A stretch of DNA of 64,000 bases, taken from NCBI GenBank assembly GCA_963757635.1, contig CAVWSK010000006.1, forward strand, positions 263,613 to 327,612, given 5' to 3'. The notes under the pieces are model-generated. The model saw only the letters and a list, made by a program, of their open reading frames with translations, ran no database searches and was not told the origin of the DNA. A program made the translations under genes and the position numbers. Of the stretch, positions 59,456 through 64,000 are shown piece after piece. Positions within the stretch are counted from its first letter, which is position 1, and each line of letters opens with the position of its first letter. This stretch comes from an uncultured Actinomycetota bacterium (GTDB taxonomy: Bacteria; Actinomycetota; Actinomycetes; Actinomycetales; Dermatophilaceae).

Positions 59456-61624
59456 TCAGCCGCGCTCGAGGAAGGCGGCCTGCTCCTCGTCGACCCGCTC
59501 CGCGACCGCCGCAGCCAGGTCCGGGTGCCCGTGGAGGTCGGGGTCCTGCGTCACCACGGCCACCGCGTCCTCCCGGGCCTGGACGATGACCGCCTCGTCC
59601 CGCAGCACGGAGAGGAACTGCAGCTGCTTGCGACCGCCGGACTGGCGCGCACCGAGGATGTCACCCTCGCGCCGCTGCTCGAGGTCGAGCTGGGCCAGCT
59701 CGAAGCCGTCGTTGGTCGCCGCCACCGCCTCCAACCGCTCACGGGCAGCCGCTGCGTCGGTGGCCGTCATCAGCAGGCACAGCCCTGGGTGCGCACCGCG
59801 CCCCACCCGACCCCGCAGCTGGTGCAGCTGGGAGACCCCGAAGCGCTCGGCGTCCATGACCACCATGACCGTGGCGTTGGGCACGTCGACCCCGACCTCG
59901 ATCACCGTCGTGGAGACGAGGACGTCGATCTCGCCGCGGTGGAACCGGGCCATCACGGCGTCCTTGTCCTCGGGTGCGAGCCGCCCGTGGAGGACCCCGA
60001 TGGTGACCCCCACCAGCGGTGGCGTCTCGCGGAGTGCCTGCTCGACGGCATACACACTGGCCCACTCGCGCGGCGGTGCGGCGTCCTCCTCGTCCTCGGC
60101 CACCGGCACGAACGGCTCCTCGTCGCGCGGCTCGTCACCACCGATGCGAGGGCACACGACGTAGGCCTGCCGACCGGCTCGGACCTCCTCGGCGATCCGC
60201 GCCCACGTGCGCTCGACCCACTGCGGACGCTCCCCCGGCACGACATGGGTGGCGATCGGAGACCGTCCCCGGGGCAGCTCCCTGAGGGTCGATGTCTCCA
60301 TGTCACCGAAGACGGTCATGGCCACCGTGCGCGGGATCGGCGTGGCGGTCATGACCAGCACGTGCGGTGGCTGCTTTCCCTTCTCCCGCAACGCTTCCCG
60401 TTGCTCAACCCCGAACCGGTGCTGCTCGTCGACGACGACGAGCGCGAGGTCGAAGAACTGCACGTGCTCCTGGATCAGGGCGTGGGTGCCGATGACGATC
60501 CCGGCATCGCCGCTGGCGGCCTCGAGCAGCGAGCGCCTGCGCACCGCCGTCGGCTGGCTCCCGGTGAGCAGCGCCACCCGGGTGCCGATGTCGCTGCCAC
60601 CGAGCATGCCGGCCTCGGCCAGGTCCCCGAGCATGGCGGTGATGGAGCGGTGGTGCTGTTGGGCCAGGACCTCGGTCGGCGCGAGGAGGGCCGCCTGGCC
60701 ACCGGCGTCGACCGCGGCGAGCATGGCCCGCAGCGCGATGACCGTCTTGCCGCTGCCGACCTCGCCCTGGAGCAGCCGGTGCATGGGGGTGTCGCGCGCC
60801 ATCTCCTGCGCAAGGACCTCGCCCACCTCCTGCTGGCCCCTCGTGAGCTCGAAGGGCAGCCGGGCGTCGAAGGCCTCCAGCAGACCCCCGTCGCGGGGCC
60901 GGCGCGCGGTGGTGGTCAGCGCCGCCTGCTCCCGCCGCCGACGGGCCAGCACGGCCTGAAGGACGAAGGCCTCCTCGTAGCGCAGCCGCTTCTCCGAGAT
61001 GGCCTTGTGGGCCCAGTCGCGCGGCTGGTGCATGCCGCGAAGGGCCTCGAGGCGAGGCGGCAGCCCGCGGGCGCGCAGGACCTCGGCCGGCACCGGGTCG
61101 GCCACCTCGTCGAGCTGGCCCAGCACCAGGCCGACGCTCTCGACGATGGTCCAGTTCTGGAGCTTGCCCACCTGCGGGTAGATGGGGATCAGTCCCTCGG
61201 TCGCCACGCCGGAGGGGTCCGACAGCGGCGGCAGGGCGGCATAGTCCGGGTGCGCCAGCTGCAGCCCGCCGCGATAGCTGCTGACCTGCCCGGCGAAGAG
61301 GAAGCGCTCACCCGGGAGCAGCTTGCCCTCGTGCCCGTAGGCGCTGAAGAAGGTGACGTCCATGTCGTGCGTGCCGTCGGTGATGGTCACCGACAGCATC
61401 CGGCCGCGACGGGCGCGCATCGGCCTGGACACGGCGTTCTTCACGTCGGCGACCACGACGGCGTACTCGCCGACCTCGAGGTTGCCCAGGTCCGCCTCCC
61501 GCGAGCGGTAGCGGCGCGGCCAGAACTCGAGGAGGTCGCCGACGGTGCGCAACCCGCGCTCCTTCTCCATCTTGGCCGCGGCCCCGGCCACCAAGGAGCT
61601 CAGCCTGGTGCTCTGGTCGACCAC
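59456..61624 (-). CDS. recG: ATP-dependent DNA helicase RecG
   Basis: QGEVGSGKT, APTEVLAQQH, DEQHRFGVEQR, MTATPIPRT, QLHQLRGRVGRG. Confidence 0.98.
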   Translation of the reverse strand: MVDQSTRLSSLVAGAAAKMEKERGLRTVGDLLEFWPRRYRSREADLGNLEVGEYAVVVADVKNAVSRPMRARRGRMLSVTITDGTHDMDVTFFSAYGHEGKLLPGERFLFAGQVSSYRGGLQLAHPDYAALPPLSDPSGVATEGLIPIYPQVGKLQNWTIVESVGLVLGQLDEVADPVPAEVLRARGLPPRLEALRGMHQPRDWAHKAISEKRLRYEEAFVLQAVLARRRREQAALTTTARRPRDGGLLEAFDARLPFELTRGQQEVGEVLAQEMARDTPMHRLLQGEVGSGKTVIALRAMLAAVDAGGQAALLAPTEVLAQQHHRSITAMLGDLAEAGMLGGSDIGTRVALLTGSQPTAVRRRSLLEAASGDAGIVIGTHALIQEHVQFFDLALVVVDEQHRFGVEQREALREKGKQPPHVLVMTATPIPRTVAMTVFGDMETSTLRELPRGRSPIATHVVPGERPQWVERTWARIAEEVRAGRQAYVVCPRIGGDEPRDEEPFVPVAEDEEDAAPPREWASVYAVEQALRETPPLVGVTIGVLHGRLAPEDKDAVMARFHRGEIDVLVSTTVIEVGVDVPNATVMVVMDAERFGVSQLHQLRGRVGRGAHPGLCLLMTATDAAAARERLEAVAATNDGFELAQLDLEQRREGDILGARQSGGRKQLQFLSVLRDEAVIVQAREDAVAVVTQDPDLHGHPDLAAAVAERVDEEQAAFLERG

Positions 61625-61626
61625 GC

Positions 61627-63312
61627 CTACTCGACTCCCAGCAGCAGCGGGTAGTGCGGCTGGCCACCGGTGATGACGGTGACCTCGACGTCCCGGTGCC
61701 CGCGCCCGATCCGGGCGCCCACGGCATCCGCGAGACCCTCCGGGGCCTCGACCCCGCCGATGACGGTCACGATCTCCCCGCCGCTGGACAACAGGCGGCG
61801 GACCACCTCGATGGCGACCTCCTCCAGGTCGCCGCCGACGATGACCACGTCCCCGGCCACGGCACCCAGGACGTCTCCCGGCTCACAGGGTCCGGCACTG
61901 GTGAGGGCCTGCTTGCTCGCCACCGCGACGGCTCCGTGCCTGGTCGCGGCCGCGGCGTGGCTCATCTCGGCGGCATTGCGCGCCGCACTGAGGGAGGGGT
62001 CGAAGACGGCGAGCGCCGCCAGCCCCTGGACGGCCGTGCGCGAGCGCACGAGGTGCACGTCGACCCCGTCCTGCTCGGCGGCGCTGGCGGCTGCGCGGGC
62101 AGCCATCTCGGTGTCCCGGTCGTTGGGCAGCATGATGACCGCCAGGGCGTGCGTCGCGCGGATGGCCTCCAGCAGCTGACCGGCCGACGCCCGTTGGCCC
62201 GGTCCACTCGAGACGACGACGGCGCCCGCCTCGGCGAGGACCTCCGCGAGGCCCGGGCCGGCAGCGCAGGCCACGACCGCGACCCCCGACGCGGGCGTGC
62301 GGTGCGCGACCTGGTCCGCGAAGTGGGTGACCCGGAGCCGGTAGGGACGGCCGGCGTCGAGCCCTGCCTCGATCGCGGCGCCCACGTCGTCGACGTGCAC
62401 GTGGACGTTCCACAGGTCGGGGCCACCGACGACGAGCAGCGAGTCGCCCAGGTCGTCGAGCGCTGAGCGCAACCGCCCCACCCGGTCCTCGTCGCTGTCC
62501 CGGAGCAGGTACATCACCTCGAAGGCGGGGCTGTCCCCGGGGATGTCCCCAGCGAGACCGGTGGCACCCGGCACGTGGCTCGGGGCCACGGCACCGACCG
62601 GGCCGCCCCATTCGGCCCGCCGTCGCAGCGAGGGGTCGTCGGCGAACGGCTCCATCCGCTCACCGACATGGGCTCCGTCCTGGTGCACGACCCGGGCCAG
62701 TGCCTCGAGCAGGAGCAGGTAGCCGGCCGCCCCGGCGTCGACGACCCCGGCCTGCCGCAGCGCCTCCAGCTGTCCCGTGGTGGCGCGCAGGGCCTCGGTC
62801 GCAGCGTCCAGGGCGTCCTCGGTCACCGCGACCAGCCCCCGGCCGACCGCCGCGGCGCCCGCCGCGGCAGCGGCGGCCGCGACGGTGAGGATGGTGCCCT
62901 CCGCCGGGCGGGTCACGCTCGCGAACGCCCGGTCGCTGGCCCGCGCGAGGCCGTCGGCGATGACGGACGCATCGGCACGGTCCTGGCCGCCGGCCGCGAT
63001 GGCCTCGGCGAAGCCGCGCACCAGCTGGCTCAGGATCACCCCCGAGTTGCCCCGGGCCGTGAGCAGCATGGTTCGGGACAGGGCGGAGCACTCCTGCTCC
63101 AAGGTCGCGGCGCCGAGGATGCCGGCTCGCTCGTGGTCCGAACGAACCGCGTCGAGGGCCGAGTCCAGCGTGAGGTAGAGGTTGGTGCCGGTGTCGCCGT
63201 CGGGCACCGGGAAGACATTGAGGGCGTCGATCTCGGCCCGTCGGGCGGCAAAGGCGGCTCGGGTGAGCACGGCCCACCGCCTCGCGTCGACTGCGGTGAG
63301 GGCTTCGAGCAC
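61627..63312 (-). CDS. DAK2-domain (FakA/YloV-like) protein
   Basis: NVFPVPDGDTGTN, ARGNSGVILSQ, EGTILTV, VVDAGAAG, HVHVDD, GGQPHYP. Confidence 0.93.
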   Translation of the reverse strand: MLEALTAVDARRWAVLTRAAFAARRAEIDALNVFPVPDGDTGTNLYLTLDSALDAVRSDHERAGILGAATLEQECSALSRTMLLTARGNSGVILSQLVRGFAEAIAAGGQDRADASVIADGLARASDRAFASVTRPAEGTILTVAAAAAAAGAAAVGRGLVAVTEDALDAATEALRATTGQLEALRQAGVVDAGAAGYLLLLEALARVVHQDGAHVGERMEPFADDPSLRRRAEWGGPVGAVAPSHVPGATGLAGDIPGDSPAFEVMYLLRDSDEDRVGRLRSALDDLGDSLLVVGGPDLWNVHVHVDDVGAAIEAGLDAGRPYRLRVTHFADQVAHRTPASGVAVVACAAGPGLAEVLAEAGAVVVSSGPGQRASAGQLLEAIRATHALAVIMLPNDRDTEMAARAAASAAEQDGVDVHLVRSRTAVQGLAALAVFDPSLSAARNAAEMSHAAAATRHGAVAVASKQALTSAGPCEPGDVLGAVAGDVVIVGGDLEEVAIEVVRRLLSSGGEIVTVIGGVEAPEGLADAVGARIGRGHRDVEVTVITGGQPHYPLLLGVE

Positions 63313-63473
63313 GCTGGCAGGCTAGTGCCCCGCACCCCGTTTTGGTCGCAACCCCCCACCTCGGCTACGCTTGACCGGTTCCCATGGAGCTCCGCGTCGC
63401 TGGCCTGTGCCCGCACGGTGAGACACCGGGACCACCCATTCGTTTTGTACGCATCGAAATCAGGAGAACACCC

Positions 63474-63671
63474 GTGGCTGCCAACTGCGATGTCTGCGGC
63501 AAGGGACCGGGCTTCGGTCACAACATTTCGTTCTCGCACCGCCGCACCAAGCGTCGCTGGAACCCCAACATCCAGCGCGTCAAGGCGCTGGTGGGCGACG
63601 CGGGCGTGACCCCGAAGCGGCTCAATGTCTGCACCTCGTGCCTCAAGGCCGGCAAGGTCAAGCGGGGCTGA
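63474..63671 (+). CDS. rpmB: 50S ribosomal protein L28 (Cys/Zn form)
   Basis: [30 protein letters not shown]; AGGAG RBS. Confidence 0.97.
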   Translation: MAANCDVCGKGPGFGHNISFSHRRTKRRWNPNIQRVKALVGDAGVTPKRLNVCTSCLKAGKVKRG

Positions 63672-63693
63672 CCACACCTCCTGGCACTCGCAT

Positions 63694-63727
63694 CGAAGCC
63701 GATCTCCCACTGGGGAGGTCGGCTTCG
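63694..63727. terminator. Bidirectional terminator between rpmB and thiL
   Basis: CGAAGCCGATCTCCC-ACTG-GGGAGGTCGGCTTCG. Confidence 0.85.
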
Positions 63728-63747
63728 CTCGTTGCAGCCCAAGCCGA

Positions 63748-63999
63748 CTAGCCCGAGAAGTGGTCCCAGCCGCGGGCCGTCTGCGGCACGTCGTCGAGGG
63801 TGATCCCCTCCCCCGGCTCCACCCGCCCGAGCGCCCGCCAACCCATCGGCAGCTCTCCGGCGAACGTCGCGAGCAGGCTGTGCTCCTCACCGCCGGCCAG
63901 CACGCACTCGAGCGCCTGGTCCCCGACGGCCTGCTCCACCGCCGCGACGTCCTCGTCCAGCGCAGCCCTGTCGAGAGCCAGCCGCACCCCGCTCGCCGA
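63748..63999 (-). CDS. thiL: 3' end of thiamine-monophosphate kinase (partial)
   Basis: LAGGEEHSLLATF...IGRV-like ALGRV...GWDHF; conserved position next to rpmB. Confidence 0.8.
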   Translation of the reverse strand, partial: SASGVRLALDRAALDEDVAAVEQAVGDQALECVLAGGEEHSLLATFAGELPMGWRALGRVEPGEGITLDDVPQTARGWDHFSG

Positions 64000-64000
64000 G

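Overview
A gene-dense, high-GC actinobacterial chromosomal segment; the gene order suggests Micrococcales/Intrasporangiaceae, which is an inference. Most genes are on the minus strand. The backbone is the conserved translation, secretion and chromosome-maintenance region: thiL(partial)-rpmB / DAK2-recG-rsmD-coaD-yceD-rpmF-rnc-mutM-acyP-smc-ftsY-amtB-glnK-glnD-ffh-rpsP-khpA-rimM-trmD-rplS-lepB-lepB-rnhB-yraN-comM-dprA-xerC-rpsB-tsf-pyrH-frr-cdsA-rlmN-purU, with accessory genes inserted between. I found no rRNA, tRNA, CRISPR array, transposase or prophage. The most notable observations are: (1) a 4.3 kb insert between ftsY and amtB encoding a small protein with Ser at almost every third residue ((S-x-x)n), flanked by an APH-type kinase and an SdpAB-like HTTM pair; (2) a nested REPIN/MITE-like palindrome upstream of smc and a second long hairpin at 213-278; (3) near-identical GlnR-type promoters in front of both amtB and glnD, separated by a perfect terminator; (4) S16 and TrmD carrying extra fused domains; (5) several single-base frame anomalies (M13 peptidase, MFS remnant, Ser-repeat gene, kinase stop, acyltransferase start), which may be real lesions or sequencing errors; (6) pervasive leaderless promoters. 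Product calls come from recognised motifs, not database searches.
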